64,000 bases of DNA, taken from the human T2T-CHM13v2.0 reference genome, Homo sapiens. Shown here in pieces: positions 1 through 24,888 of the stretch. The position numbers were made by a program, and so were the translations under genes. A model generated the notes under the pieces. That model did no database searches. It worked only from the letters and a program-made list of their open reading frames with translations, and was not told the origin of the DNA. The stretch lies in the NCBI RefSeq assembly GCF_009914755.1, contig NC_060940.1; one strand, written 5' to 3'. The stretch's first letter is position 1, and each line of letters opens with the position of its first letter.

Positions 1-1
1 G

Positions 2-241
<240 letters not shown>

Positions 242-244
242 TGA

Positions 245-379
<135 letters not shown>

Positions 380-899
380 TAATTTTTGTATTTTTAGTAG
401 AGACGAGGTTTCACCTTATTGGTCAGGCTGCTCTCGAACTATTGACCTCAGGTGATCCACCCACCTAGGCCTCCCAAAGTGCTGGGATTACAGGCGTGAG
501 CCACCATGCCCGGCCAACCCTAGCCTGTCTTTATCTCTATGCAGATACCTTAAAAACATCTACCACAATTCAGAAAGTATTCAAATTCCAAACCATGTAA
601 ACATCCAGTTATTTGGGCCCATGTAATTGCATTGTTCACTTTATTCGTACAGTTAAAAAAAAAAAAAAAATCCCGGGACATTTCTTCTGGAATTAAATGG
701 TATTTGGCATTAGAGGAGTTCGCGAACAGTCTACATCAAACCAGGGTGCTGAAGTCTCTGTGCCTCCTTCCAAAGCACAGCCAGCCCTGGGGGCACAGGA
801 GGGAAGTGTCCAAGTGCCAACACCTGCCCACAGAGCATATCAGTGTTTCTCACCATTTGTGTAAAAGAAACACAAAAAGGATAAACCAGAAACTGATGT

Positions 900-1920
<1,021 letters not shown>

Positions 1921-2077
1921 TAAAAATAGAGACAAGGTTTCTCTTTGTTGCCCAGCCTGGTCTTGAACTCCTGGACTCAAGTAATCCTCCCACTTTGGCC
2001 TCTTAAAGCACTAGGATGACAGGTATGAGCCACTGTACCCGGCCTTCAAACCCCACAGCTTGGTTACCTACAGGAGG

Positions 2078-2510
2078 TGTGTATTAAACTCCCCGTGGCA
2101 CAAACCCGGTAGCTTACAGTAACAGACACTTATTCTCTCACAGTCCTGGAAGCAAGAAGTCCAAGATCAAGGTGCCACTAGGGCTGGTTCCTCCTGAGGC
2201 TGGGAGGGAGGGTCTGTTTGCGCCTCTTCCAGCCTCTGCAGCCTCTGGCGTTGCTTGGCTTGTGGGTGGTCATCTTCTCCCTGTGTCTTCCCTTCAGGAC
2301 GTCTGCCCTTCTCCCTCTACACATGTCTGTCTGTTCAAATGTCCCCATTTTATAAGGACACAGTCATACTGGATTAGGGCCCACCCAAGTGAACTCATCT
2401 TAACTTGATCACCTGCAAAGACCCTATTTCCAAATATGGTCACATTCACAGGTACTGAGAGCTGGGACTTCAACATCTTTCGTGGGGAGACACAATTCAA
2501 CCCCCAACCA
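2078..2510 (-). mobile_element. Second MLT1-type solo LTR (MLT1B-like)
   Basis: ttattctctcacagtcctgga...aagtccaagatcaaggtg...ctggattagggcccacc...atctgcaaagaccctatttccaaat-like segment...gacacaattcaaccc. Confidence 0.8.
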
Positions 2511-2899
2511 GCATATGTACAGAGAATGCAAAGAAAGCGGGAAGGGGAGAGGGCTGGCAGAGCTGAGGGAACATGACACTTCCACATACATCTTTTCGTA
2601 TGTCTCTCTTAGAACCATGGTCAGGTTTCTCATACTCAAAAAACAAACCATTACTTAGCCAGACGTGGTGGCGCACTTCTAGTTATCAGCTACTCGGGAG
2701 GCCGAGGTGGAAGGACTGCTCGAACACAGGAGGTGGAGGTTGCAGTGAGCCGAGGTCGCACCACTGTACTCCAGACTTGGCGACAGAGTGAGACTCTGTC
2801 TCGAAAAAAAAAAAAAAAGAAAAGAAAAAGAAAAAGAAAAAGAAACCGTGAAAACAAAACAGGGCGCACATGAACACAAAATGAAATACAAACAGCAAA

Positions 2900-3830
2900 T
2901 ATGCAGAGCTGTGACGATGACATCACCACTCTGAAAGAAGAACTAACCTAAGAGACTTCAGAAAATAGCACTTTGACTGTTACTGTAAAACTAACCTCAG
3001 AGGACAGCACACCATCACCAGGCTCGGGCAGGAGATGTGTCCCCTGCGGAGTCAGCAGGTCTGAGCCCGATTTACGCATGTGCCAAGATCAAGCGGAAAA
3101 GCTGATTGTGGCTACTGAGTTGGGGTCCTCACAGTTGAAGAAAAGTCACTGATAAGGAAGGGGCAGGAATAAACCCTGCGGGGCGGCACTGGAGGTACAG
3201 GCATCAGTACAGGCTCACAACCTTTGCCATGTGTACAGACTGGATGCAGAAATCAATACCGGAACATTTACACACACACATTTCCCAGCTCTGTCCACTG
3301 ACGCGTGACAGGGCCCAGGCGCGATGACCCCCCACTTAGGCTACAGAGAGCAAAGTCCAAAAGCTGTTCCAGTTTCAGCACTCTAAAGTCCCACGTCCCA
3401 GGGAAAGCCTTTGTCCTGGCAAACTAGGACGGCTGGTCACCCTACCTGGCAGCCAGATCTTGGTTTGTGAATACCTCTCTCCAAAAACAGGAACCAGAGA
3501 TCCCTGCGGAGCACACAGAGGAGCCTAGGACACCCAGTGGTGTGCAGAAGGACGAGAAAGGACGGGGTGTGTCAGGAGAACACACAGCCCAGCCAGAAGG
3601 GCTCCCAGTGGCAGAATCTAGGACAATCTGTGCGGCAAAATAACGAACGACAATAATGGATTGTAAGCTGTGACCCGGCAAATCAAGCAAACATCGGTGC
3701 ACACTTAAACAGAGGAGGAGCAGCAGCTCTTCATCACAGCAGAATTCCAATGAATAAACACAAGGAATGGCAGAAAACAGAAAGCACACCATCAGGAAAC
3801 ACCACAGCAATAACTGGCTGGTGTAAGTTA
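2900..3830 (+). mobile_element. Ancient L1 (L1MC/MD-like) 3' region fragments
   Basis: cagatcttggtttgtgaatacc...aggaaccagagatccct...gggctcccagtggcagaatctaggacaatctg resembles L1MC/MD 3'UTR. Confidence 0.5.
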
Positions 3831-4743
3831 CTACTATTTTGAGACAGGGTCTCACTCTGTTGCCCAGGCTGGATCACAATGGCACAATCACAGCTCACTG
3901 CAGCCTCGACCTTCCCGGGCTCAGGTGATCCTCCCACCTCAGCCTCCTGAGTAGCTGGGACTATAGGCCGTGTATTACCACTCCTAGCTAATTTTTTTTT
4001 TCTTTTTTTTTTTGACTGGGTCTCACTCTGTCGCCCAGGCTGAAGTGCAGTAGAGTGATCTTGGCTCACAGCAGCCTCAACCCTCCGGATTCAAGTGATC
4101 CTCCCACCTCAACCTTCCGAGTAGCTGAGACTACAGGCTCATGCCACCATACCCGGCTAATTTTTGTGTTTTCTGTAGAGACAGGGATTCACCATGTTGC
4201 CCAGGCTGGTCTCAAACTCCTGAGCTCAAGTGATCCCCCGGCCTCTGCCTCCCAAGCGCTGGGATTAGAGCCGTAAGACACCACGCCCAGCCTAAGGTTA
4301 TGTATTTGAAGCAGTGGTAGATACTGCCAAGTCACACTCCACAGAGATCCTATCAGTTTACGTTCCCACAGCAATGTACTAAAGTGCATATCATCCTACA
4401 TTCCTGCCAAGTCAGTGTTGAGATGAAACTCTTGGATCTTTGCCTATTGGTCAGATAAAATTTTCACTGCAGTTTTCACTTACATTTCTCTTATTATAAG
4501 CAAAACTGAGCACTGTCCCGTATTTTTAAATATTTCCTATTTCCTTTTTTGTTAAGGGACTGTTGGTATCCTCTGATAATTTTTCTACTACATTTTAAAT
4601 CTTCTTCTTATTGATTTGTAAGAGCTTTTTATATATTAAGGAAATTAGTCGCCAGGAGCGGTGGCTCACACCTGTAATCCCAGCACTTTGGGAGGCCGAG
4701 GCGGGAGGATCACGAGGTCAGGAGATTGAGACCATCCTGGCTA

Positions 4744-4983
<240 letters not shown>

Positions 4984-5110
4984 CTAAGATTAAACATGAT
5001 TTCCCCATGTTTCATTTTTCTAGTCTTTTTGGTTTTTCCCCAATTAATATGCAGAATTTTTTTTTTTTTTCCTCGAGAAGGTCTTGCTCTGTTGCCCAGA
5101 GCTGGAGTGA

Positions 5111-5257
<147 letters not shown>

Positions 5258-6756
5258 TAAGTAGAGACAGGGTTTCACCATGTTGGCCAGGATGGTCTCG
5301 AACTCCTGACCTCGTGATCCGTCTGCCTCAGTCTCCCAAAGTGCTGGGATTACAGGCACAAACCACTACACCCAGCCTATATTTTTGAAAGGATTTAATA
5401 TAATATTCATTATGGGAGGAGTATATAGAAGTCCTCACAATTGGGAAAAAGAAAAAAATAAGAAATCTATATTTCCAGCCAGAATTGCAAGACTTAGTAT
5501 CATAACGCCAAGATTACATTAATTGAATTGACAGCATTCTTAAAAGCAGATTTGATTTCAGGTTATGTAAACTTTCCACAACAACTTTTTTTTTTTTTTT
5601 TAGAGTCTCACTCTGTTGCCCAGGCTGCAGTGCAGGGCGCCATCTCGGCTCACTGCAAGCTCCGCCTCCCGGATTCATGCCATTCTCCTGCCTCAGCCTC
5701 CCAAGACTACAGGCGCCCGCCACCATGCCCGGCTAATTTTTTGTATTTTTAGTAGAGATGGGGTTTCACCGTGTTAGCCAGGATGGTCTTGATCTCCTGA
5801 CCTCGTGATCTGCCCGCCTCAGCCTCCCAAAGTGCTGGGATTACAGGCGTGAGCCACCGCGCCCGGCTTCTACAACAACTTTTAATCACTAACTCAGGTG
5901 CAGTGGCTCATGCCTGTAATCCCAGCACTTTGGGAGGCCAAGGCCGGGGGGTCGCTTCAGCTCAGGAGTTTGAAATTAGCCTGGGTAACATGGCAAAACC
6001 CCATCTCTACAAAAAAACAGCCAGGTGTGGTGGTGCATGCCTGTAGTCTCAGCTACTTGGGAGGATCACTTGAGCCTGCAAGGCAGAGGTTGCAGTGAGC
6101 CAAGATCACGCCACTGCATTTCAGGGTGGGAGATGCAGCCAGGCCCTGTCTCAAAAAAAAAATTAAAAATTAAAAAAAAAATAAACCATTAGAGGAATAA
6201 ATCTGCCTGAACCAGATACCAAACACGCTAGCTGTACAATTTCCGTCTTTGTGTTTCTCCTACACCCTAAAGGAAAAACCACAAACCTCAATGTCAGGCT
6301 ACAAGATCTTACTGTTAAACTATCTGGTGGTTTGGGGTCGCACAAAATGGGAAGCACTGATAGTTTGAATGTGACACCACACACCCCTCCCCTTCCACCC
6401 CCCACATCCCTACCCACTACTGCCAGTGCCCATGCAGCTCCTCCACTCTGCAGCTGCAGTCTCAGTAGCTGGGACTCCTTCCCATCCGAGTTGCTGCAGG
6501 GCCTGGCTGCAGGCCCTCTCTCCCATTCAGGCCTCCCTGGCCCCAGCAGTTCACAATAATCTCTTCCTATGAGTTCACTGCACTTAACTTTTTATGCTGC
6601 CCATTTAAAAAAATTTTATACTGGCCAGGCGCAGTGGCTCACACCATAATCCCAGCACTTTGGGAGGCCGAGGCGGGTGGATCACCTGAGGTCAGGAGTT
6701 CAAGACCAGCGTGACCAACAGGGTGAAACCCCATCTCTACTAAAAATACAAAATTA

Positions 6757-6894
<138 letters not shown>

Positions 6895-7376
6895 TCAAAA
6901 AAAAAAAAAAAAAAAAAAGATTTATTCATGTATTTACTATTTCTTTCTTTCTTAGAAAAGAGATTGCTCTGTCACCCAGGCTGGAGTGCAGTGGTACAGT
7001 CATGGCTCACTGCAGTCTTGAACTCCTGGGCTCAAGGGACCTTCCTGCTTTACTCTCCTGAACAGCTGGGACTGCAGGTAAGCACCATCACACAGGACTA
7101 AATTCTTTTTTTTTTTTTTTTCCTAGAGATAGGGTGTTTCCATGTTGACCAGGCTGGTCTTAAGCTCCTGGTCTCAAGCAATCTTCCTACCTTAGCCTCC
7201 CAAAGCTGCTGGGATTACAGGTCTGAGCCACCACGCCCAGCCTGTGCTGCTCATTTGAAACTGCTGCTATATGCCAGCATATGACATTTCCCACTGTTAA
7301 TTTTTTGGTTAATGTATAATTTATCTCACCAAATTAGGGCAGGAAAAAGCTTGTATTTCTCAGTAACACTCTTTGA

Positions 7377-7615
<239 letters not shown>

Positions 7616-8034
7616 TAGAGACGGGGTTTCTCCATGTTGGTCAGGCTGCTCTCTAACTCCTGACCTCAGGTGATCCGCCCACATCGGCCTCCCAAAGTGC
7701 TAGGATTACAGGTGTGAGCCACCACGCCCAGACTTTTTTGTTTGTTTGTTTGAGATGCAGTCTCACTCTGTTGCCCAGGCTGGAGTGCACTGGCACAATC
7801 TCGGCTCACTGCAAACTCCGCCTCCCAGTTCAAGCCATTCTCGGGCCTCAGCCGCCCGAGTAGCTGGGACTACAGATGCACATCACCACGCCAGGCTAAT
7901 TTTTATATTTTTAGTAGAGATGGGGTTTCTCCATGTTGCCCAGGCTGGTCTCAAACTCTGGGGCTCAAGGGATCCTCCTGCCTCAGCCTCCCAAAGTGGT
8001 GGGATTACAGAAGTGAGCCACCGCACCTGGCCAA

Positions 8035-8670
8035 GGGTGCATATTTCAAACACCAGAGTAACCACTAAAATAATAATTCAAAGAAGAATAGCTTTAAAAA
8101 GCATTAGATAAACCACAATGGAAATCTCAAATACATTTCATTGATAAGGAAAGGAAAAACAGGGAAAAAATCCAAAAGGACAAATAAAAGGCAAATAATA
8201 AAATGGTAGCAATAAATCCAGCCACATCGATATTTACTCTTACATTAACAGACTGAACTCTAATTATAAGGCAAGGATTGTCAGAATTGGTAAAGGAAGA
8301 CCTAATTACATGCTATCTACAAGACACTTTAAACATAAAGAAAAAGATACACTTAAGACAAATGAATGGAAAAATACATACCATCCAAAAAGTGTGTTTA
8401 AGAAAGCTGGAGTGGCTCTATTAATATCAAGTAAAATACATTTCAAAATAAAAAATATTATTAGGAAAAAAGAAGGATATTTCAGAATACTACAACAAAC
8501 AATTCATCAGGAAAATGTAATCACAAGTGTGTATTTGCCTAATAACAGAGCTTCAACATATATGAAGTTAAAACGGAAAGAATTAAAGACAAAACAATTC
8601 CACAATCACAGCTGGAGATCTTAACACTCCTCTCTCAATAACTGACAGAATCAAACCAAAAAATAAAACA
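8035..8670 (+). mobile_element. Old L1M fragment covering the ORF2 endonuclease N-terminus
   Basis: ORF 8310-8624 (..KKAGVALLISSKIHFKIKNIIRKKEGYF..TIHQENV..VYLPNNRASTYMK) parallels L1 ORF2 KKAGVAILVSDKTDFK..KRDKEGHY..SIQQEELTILNIYAPN; degenerate. Confidence 0.85.
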
Positions 8671-10149
8671 GAAGCCGGGCACAGTAGCTCACGCCTGTAA
8701 TCCCAGCACTTTGGGAGGCTGAAACAGGAGAATCGCTTGAACCCGAGGCAGAGGTTGCAGTGAGCTGAGATCGCGCCCCTGCACTCCAGTCTGGGTGACA
8801 GAGTAAGACCCTGTCCCAAAAAAAAAAAAAAAAAAATAGCCAGACAGTCCAGAAGAAAAACCTGGGGCAAAAGATATGAACGGCATTTCACAGTGGCTAC
8901 AGAAAGCGAAGGAGCACCAAACTATATATGAACACAGCAAGCTCTCCACGAGCTATGTAGTGAGTAACAGAACACAGAGAAGGGTGCGTCCCTGAGGGAA
9001 TATGTACATCTGCACTTACTACAGTCATACAAGTAAGTAGTGGCAGGACCCACAGGCAACTAATAGTGGTTATGAAGACAGCAGGTGCTCTGAACAGCAG
9101 CAAGACTTCTCAAGCTTTACCTGTTCACATGGTTTTGGTTAATCAAACCATATTTATTTATTCAAAACAGATATTAAATTATTAAAAATATGAGGCTGCC
9201 CGGCACGGTGGCTCACACCTGTTATCCCAGCACTTTGGGAGGCCAAGGCAGGTGGATCACAAAGTCAGGAGTTCGAGACCAGCGTGGCCAACATGGTGAA
9301 CCCTGTCTCTACTAAAAATACAAAAATTAGCTGGGTGTGGTGGCGTGCACCTGTAATCCCAGCCTGGGCGACACAGTGAGACTCCATCTCGGGCGGGGGA
9401 AAATATGAGGCTGTCACAAAAGTGCTAATGTTTTCCCTGCTGTCGATGTTGAGGTCACTTGAAAGCTGGTATGGACACATCGGATGAGGAATTCAGTCTA
9501 GGGGCCTCTTAGGAGCCAAGGCCCAATGACTAGACTAAGTGGACCCAGCAAACACAGAGGGAGGGGGCCTGAGGCACAAACACAGACAAGGTCCTATGCT
9601 CGAGGCAAACAAGGACGAGGTACAAGGTGAGAGCCAGAAGGGGCCACTGTGCTGCTTCACAGACCTGGGAAGAAGTTTTTTGAGAAAAGACTTTCATTTT
9701 TCAAGAGGCAGATCATTTTAAAGAATAAGGCCTAGGGCAGTGGCTCACACCTGTAATCCCAGCACTCTAGGAGGCTGAGGCAGGCAGATCGCTTGAGCCC
9801 AGGAGTTTGAGACCAGCATGGGCAAACTGGTGAAACCCCGTCCCTACCAAAAATACAAAAACTTAGGTGGACATGGTGACACGCACCTGTAGTTCCAGCT
9901 ACTTGGGGTACTTGAGGCGGAAGGATCACTTGAGACCAGAGGGTAAAGGCTGCAGTGAGCCGAGATCACACCACTGCACTCTAGCCTGGGTGACAAAGTG
10001 AGACCCTGTCTTTAAGAGAAATTTAAAAAGCTGGGTGCGGTGGCTCACACCTGTAATCCTGGCACTTTGGGAGGCTGTGGTAGGCGGATCACCTGAGGTT
10101 GGGAGTTTGAGACCAGCCTGACCAACATGGAGAAACTCCATCTCTACTA

Positions 10150-10338
<189 letters not shown>

Positions 10339-11095
10339 TCAGTAAGATGGTAGAATACAAAAATCAACACCCGGACGTCCTATATACAGAAAACTAGTTA
10401 GAAAATATGACATAAGAGACCCCAGGAACAAAAACTAAACAATTAAGAATGCATTTACCAAGAAAGCAAAATCTTTCCTTTTTTTTCTTTTTTGGCAAGA
10501 TCTTTTAAGAAAACTCTGAAACACTACTAGGGCCAAAGACTGTCATTAAATAACCCACTTAAGACTGTTACATATGCTACATACTCACAAGCGGAGGACT
10601 AACAAGTAAACTACAGACGTAAGGTAACACTTGGAAAGCATGGGATTATAGAGAAATGGGACAATGCTGTGTAATGTGTGCTGATGCTGAATTACCTCTA
10701 ACACAAAGAAAAAACACTAGAGGTAGAACAGCGGTTTGCACACACTACCATGGTGTTCAAATGCATATACATGTTATGTGATACATGCATGCATAGCTAT
10801 TCTCATATGCCACGCAGATCTCTGCAAGGACACCCAAAAACTGGCTAATGGACTTGCCACCAGGAGGGGTGTTGTCTGAGGCATGTCAGTGGGAGACGAG
10901 TTTTTCATCAGATATACCTCTGTATCGTTTGCATATTGGACTACATATATCAATAATCTACAAAATAAATACCCTACTTATAAAACTATTTACAAAAGTT
11001 AGGCTGGGCGCGGTGGCTTACGCCTGTAATCCCAGCACTTTGGGAGGCCGAGGCGGGCAGATCACGAGGTCAGGAGATCAAGATCATCCTGGCTA

Positions 11096-11293
<198 letters not shown>

Positions 11294-12224
11294 TCAAAAA
11301 ACAAAACTATTTACAAAAGTTACATTACAGGCCAGGTGAGGTGCCTCACGCCTGTAATCCCAGCACTTTGAGAAGCCAAGGTAGGCAGATCAGCTGAGGT
11401 CAGGGGTTTGAGAACAGCCTGGCCAAAATGGTGAAAACCCGTCTCTACTAAAAATACAAAAATTAGCTGGGCATGGGGATGCACACCTGTAATCTTAGCT
11501 ACTCGCGAGACCAACGCACTAGAATCGCTTGAACCTGGGAGGCAGAGGTTCAGTGAGCTGAAATTGCATCTCTGCACTCGAGCCTAGGCGACAGCACGAC
11601 TCTGTCTCAAAACAAACAAAACGTTGCATTATAAAAAACACTTAAAAACTTACGAGAAACATAAACACATTTACAAAATTTCAAACACATTTTTAAACTA
11701 TTCTCATTCTAAAATTCATGTGGAAAAGTTAGTGTACATAAATAGCCAAAGAAATTTTGAAAAAACTGAGGAAATTCATCAAATATTAAAGAACATTAAT
11801 ATAAAGCTACAATATTAAAATAAATTTCCAGACCAGGCATGGCTGCTCACACCTGTAATCCCAGCACTTTGGGAGGGAGATCCAGGCAGGAGGAGGCTCC
11901 CTCGAGCTCAGGAGCTCGAGGCCAGCCTAGGTAACATAGGGAGACCCCCCCAACTCTCAAAAAGTAAACACACACAAAAAAAGGTTAAATTAATTTCCAG
12001 CAGGGCACAGGGGCTCATGTTTGTAACCCCAGTGCTTTGGAAGGCCAAGTTGGGAGGAACACTTGAGGCCAGGAGTTCTAGACCAGCCTGGGCAACATAG
12101 CAAGACCAACCTCTTATTTTTTTTTTTTTAATTTCCGCTGTCACTTATTAAGTCAAAATGAATTCCAGATGGACCATAGAAGTAAAAATAAAAGCTAAAA
12201 GTACTGAAAGAAAACATGAAAGAT

Positions 12225-14732
<2,508 letters not shown>

Positions 14733-14828
14733 TGAGCCACCGCGCCCGGCCTTAAGAGGAAATGTTTCTAAACAAAATATATAACCCAAAAGGCCATAAA
14801 TATAAGGACCACATAAAAATTTAAGTCA

Positions 14829-15122
<294 letters not shown>

Positions 15123-15717
15123 TCAAAAAAAAAAAAAAAAAAGACAAACACATTAAGAAAAAAACTGGGGGCCAGGCACGACGGCTCCTGCGTGTAATCC
15201 CAGTACTTTGGCAGGCAGAAGTAGGAGGATCACTTGAGACCAGGAGTTCAAGACAAGCCGGGGCAATATAGTGGGACCCCATCTCTAAAAAAAATGTTTT
15301 TTAATTAGCCAGGCATGGTGGCACATGCTCCTTGGGAGGAAGAGGTCACAGCCACTTGGGAGGATGAGGCAGGAGTATCACTTGAGTCCAGGAGGTCAGG
15401 CCTGCAGCGAGCCAGGATCGCACAACTGCACTCCAGCCCGGATGACAAAGCAAGACCCTGCCTCTAAAATAAAATTTAGTGCCGTGGCTCACGCCTGTAA
15501 TCACAGCACTTTGGGAGGTGGGGGCGGGCAGATCCCGAGGTCAAGAGTTTGAGACTAGCCTGGCCAACATGGCAAAACCCTGTCTCTACTAAAAATACAA
15601 AAAAAAACAAAAATTAGCCAGAAAGCCAGGAGCAGTGGCTCACACCTGTAATGCCAACACTTTGGGAGGCTGAGGCGGATGGATCATGAGGTCAGGAGTT
15701 CAAGACCAGCCTGATCA

Positions 15718-16287
<570 letters not shown>

Positions 16288-16936
16288 TAGCCAGGATGGT
16301 CTCGATCTCCTGACCTCATGATCCGCCCGCCTCGGCCTCCCACAGTGCTGGGATTACAGGCGTGAGCCACCGTGCCTGGCCCGACACTGTCTCAATTTTT
16401 AAAAGTTATTTAAAAGGGCTAGCGCAGAGGTTACGGTGAGCCAAGATCACGCCACTGCACTCCAGCCTGGGCACCAAGTGCAAAACTCCATCTCAAAAAA
16501 AAAAAAAAAAAAAAGAAAAAGGCCATTGGTTCAAGAGAAAAATGGCCATTCACAAAAACAAGAAACATCAATGGCTTTACGTCCTAGTAAAAGATGTTTT
16601 ACCACACTCATAACTAAGGAAATGCACTTTAAAACGAGATAGCATTTTCACTACCAGATTGACAGATGTTTTAAATACTGTCATTCTAGCACTGGTGAAG
16701 GTGTGAGAAACTGTTGGCAATGCCGTCTGTTATCTTGGGGAAACTCAGCAACAACCTAAATGTCCGCCATGAGAGGGTTACATAAATTACAAAACATCCT
16801 CGCTATGGAATACCAGAGCTCTGTGGCGACAGGAAACAAACCCCAGAATATAAGTGGAAAATGCAAGGTACGGAAGATTACACACGGTTCCTTCCCAGTT
16901 TACCTTTGTTTCCCTTTTTTTTGTGTGTGTGTGTGA

Positions 16937-17041
<105 letters not shown>

Positions 17042-18114
17042 TAAGTAGCTGGGATTACAGGCATGCGCCACCACGCCCGGCTAGTTTTGTATTTTTCGTA
17101 GAGACAGGGTTTCTCCATGTTGGTCAGGCTGGTCTCAAACTCCTAACCTCAGGTGATCCACCCGCCTCAGCCTGCCAAAGTGCTGGGATTACAGGCGTGA
17201 GCCACCGCGCCTGGCGAGAAGATTCTTAAGTACATGAACATTCTGAACAGAAAGACCTGTATTCCCTCACAAATGTCTGAGTTCTTAGCTCTGGCATTCT
17301 CAACACTCACTGTTTCTTGAGGTTTCCTGTGTTCCAGAACCTGGTCTAATCGTTCTCTACTATGATATACTGATACTTCATTCATCAGGAAACATAACTC
17401 CTTGAACATAAAGAAAAAGAACAAAAAGCGAAAGGGCACCTCGGAATAGTCAAAATATGGGCCTGAAGCCCTCACCCTGAGCTTTGCTCATGGAAGACTA
17501 CTGGCCCCATATGAAATCCATCTCATTCTAACAATTTGATGCTAACAAGTTTCCCAGCCACATCTGCAAACTAGGAAAGGAGAGAACAGGGCTCCAGACA
17601 GACCTGCAAGTTAAGGCCACAGTAAGAGAGGCCAAAAATATAAACACTCACAATGCAGTTTTGATGTGGGGACACTTCATAGACGAAGGATTCTTCACAT
17701 TTCAATGGCCCTACGGGAGCCTACATATTAAAACAGAAGACCAAACATTAACACCCGTAATAATGACCCTGAAAACATCCAAGAGAGGTTCAGTCATGGG
17801 CCATCAAATGATGGAGTGTTCTAGAAAGACTTCTCATCATAATGGTTAAAATGAAATGTTTTAAAGTCAGCCTCGTGGAAAATTCGCTTGAACATTCCAT
17901 TGCCTGACAAATGCTGAAATACTGGCAAGTGTGAACTAACATGGCAATGTGCTGTCTTAATTTCTCCTTCGAGGTGCATATCACTAACCCGACACACATA
18001 GTTACATTAGAAGGACCCACGTCCTTCTGTCTTCTTCTCAGCAGCATTGCTGAATAGCCTCCTGCTCTTAATATGGCATTTAATTTAGCTATCTCAAAAT
18101 TAATTTCTTTTATA

Positions 18115-23422
<5,308 letters not shown>

Positions 23423-23439
23423 ACAAGGTATCTTTTATA

Positions 23440-24010
23440 GACCACTGGTTTTGAAAAGACATAAGATTCAGCGTTGAAGAAAATACCTTTGGAATAGGCA
23501 GTCTTGATGCCTGCTAAAGGGGATATAAATTGATAAGGCCTTTTTGGACAATTTGGCAGTATCTGCTAACATTTCAAAAATGCATAGGCTCTGAAATATC
23601 AATTCTAAAATTCTAATTATGTAAGGCTAAAGAAATACCGCACGTGAACAAATATTTAAGTACTCACCCATTCTATGCAGCATTGTAATAAAAAGTAAAA
23701 CCTGAAATAACCTTTATTGCGTCCACTAATAGGACAATGTTTAAACAAATGACACGTCCATCATACAGAATACTGTGTGGTCACTGGAAGGCACATGGAC
23801 CTGTATACACTGACATGAAAAGATGTGGAAAGAATGCTGGGAGCGTTAAAATTTTCTGAAGTACAACGTAGCACAATGCATACATGGTTTAGGCTTTTTA
23901 GAATAAAAAATACTTATACGCAGACATTTATATTTACACGTATAACACTGTGTACAGCCCCGAAGCAATGCCGAAACTTTCACTGTTGTTACCTCCGAGT
24001 GGGGACTGGG
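23440..24010 (+). mobile_element. Ancient L1ME-like 3' fragment
   Basis: aatttggcagtatct, gcagcattgtaata, tccatcatacagaatactgtgtg motifs. Confidence 0.55.
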
Positions 24011-24039
24011 AAAGCAGAGGTTAGGGTCGTTCTCTCTGT

Positions 24040-24238
24040 TTTACAAACATTTATTGGCGCATCCATCAATTCCAGGCCCCGAGGACACAGCTGCGTCAAC
24101 GACATCGAGTCCACCTGCTCTGGGGACCCGGATGACTGCTATAGGTTTTGTTCACTGTGGCGTCCCCAGAACCTGCACGGCGCCGGGCACTGAGCGGGCG
24201 CTCACATGTGCGTCCAATGAACGAATTAACAAATGAAC
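24040..24238. mobile_element. Two L2 3'-end fragments in opposite orientations
   Basis: acaaacatttattggcgc (antisense L2 tail) and gttcactgtggcgtccccagaacctgcacggcgccgggcac...aatgaacgaattaacaaatgaa (sense L2 tail). Confidence 0.55.
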
Positions 24239-24690
24239 CCTCAGTGCGCTACTGGGAGGCGGGGAGGGGTAAAGCACGATCCATGGAACTAGCACGATCA
24301 CCCCGAGTGAGTCCATTCCCCGCAACATGCACCCGCAAAGACTCCGCGCTCCGCAGCGGCTCCACCTGCACGTGCGCTACCTGACTGGACCGAAGCTCCA
24401 GGAGGGACGACCCCGCAGCCGCTCCGCCCGACCCCGCGACCCCCCAAGACCCAGCCTCCTTCAGGGCTCCCATGGGCGGGTGGCGAGGGGAGTCCAGCCG
24501 AGGAAAAGGCAGCCAAGCTGGAGCTGGCGAGGAGCGGAGCGAAAGTAAACGCGTCTGCCGCGCTTGGCCTCGCCGGACCTCCCACGCCTGTGAAGCAGGT
24601 GCCGGCGCCTCGCTCCCCGGAGCACAGGGACGTCCCTGCCGTCTCCGTGGCCCGGCCCGCCCGCTGCCCGTCCAGCCAGGACGCCCTCAC

Positions 24691-24778
24691 CTCCCGGCAC
24701 GGCCGCCAGCGCCGGCGCCCGCAGCAAAGGCCGCAGGCGGCGGCCCCACAGCAGCAGCGCCCGCAGCTCGCGCGCCAT
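24691..24778 (-). CDS. TRAP1: TRAP1 exon 1 coding part (mitochondrial HSP90 paralogue, N-terminal presequence)
   Basis: Minus strand GAC ATG G (strong Kozak) encodes [29 protein letters not shown] plus 1 nt, then GAG|gtgagg donor at 24690; 88 nt, phase 1. Arg/Leu/Ala-rich peptide matches the human TRAP1 N-terminus. Confidence 0.96.
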
Positions 24779-24880
24779 GTCGTACTCCCAGAGCGCCGCG
24801 CGCAGCCACGCGGGACCGTACACGATGGGAAGGGGCGGGACGGGGCTGCGCGGGGCGGGGCTTCCTCGGGCGCGGGGCGG

Positions 24881-24888
24881 TGACGTCA
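24881..24888. promoter_or_regulatory. Perfect palindromic CRE (TGACGTCA)
   Basis: gTGACGTCAc about 105 bp upstream of the TRAP1 ATG; consensus CREB/ATF site. Occupancy is inferred. Confidence 0.75.

Noticed and set aside
8310-8624. 104-aa Lys-rich ORF
   Set aside because: Decayed L1 ORF2 endonuclease fragment, not a gene.
24040-24238. Inverted L2 tails as a possible miR-28-like hairpin
   Set aside because: Tails point outward and complementarity by eye is too weak.
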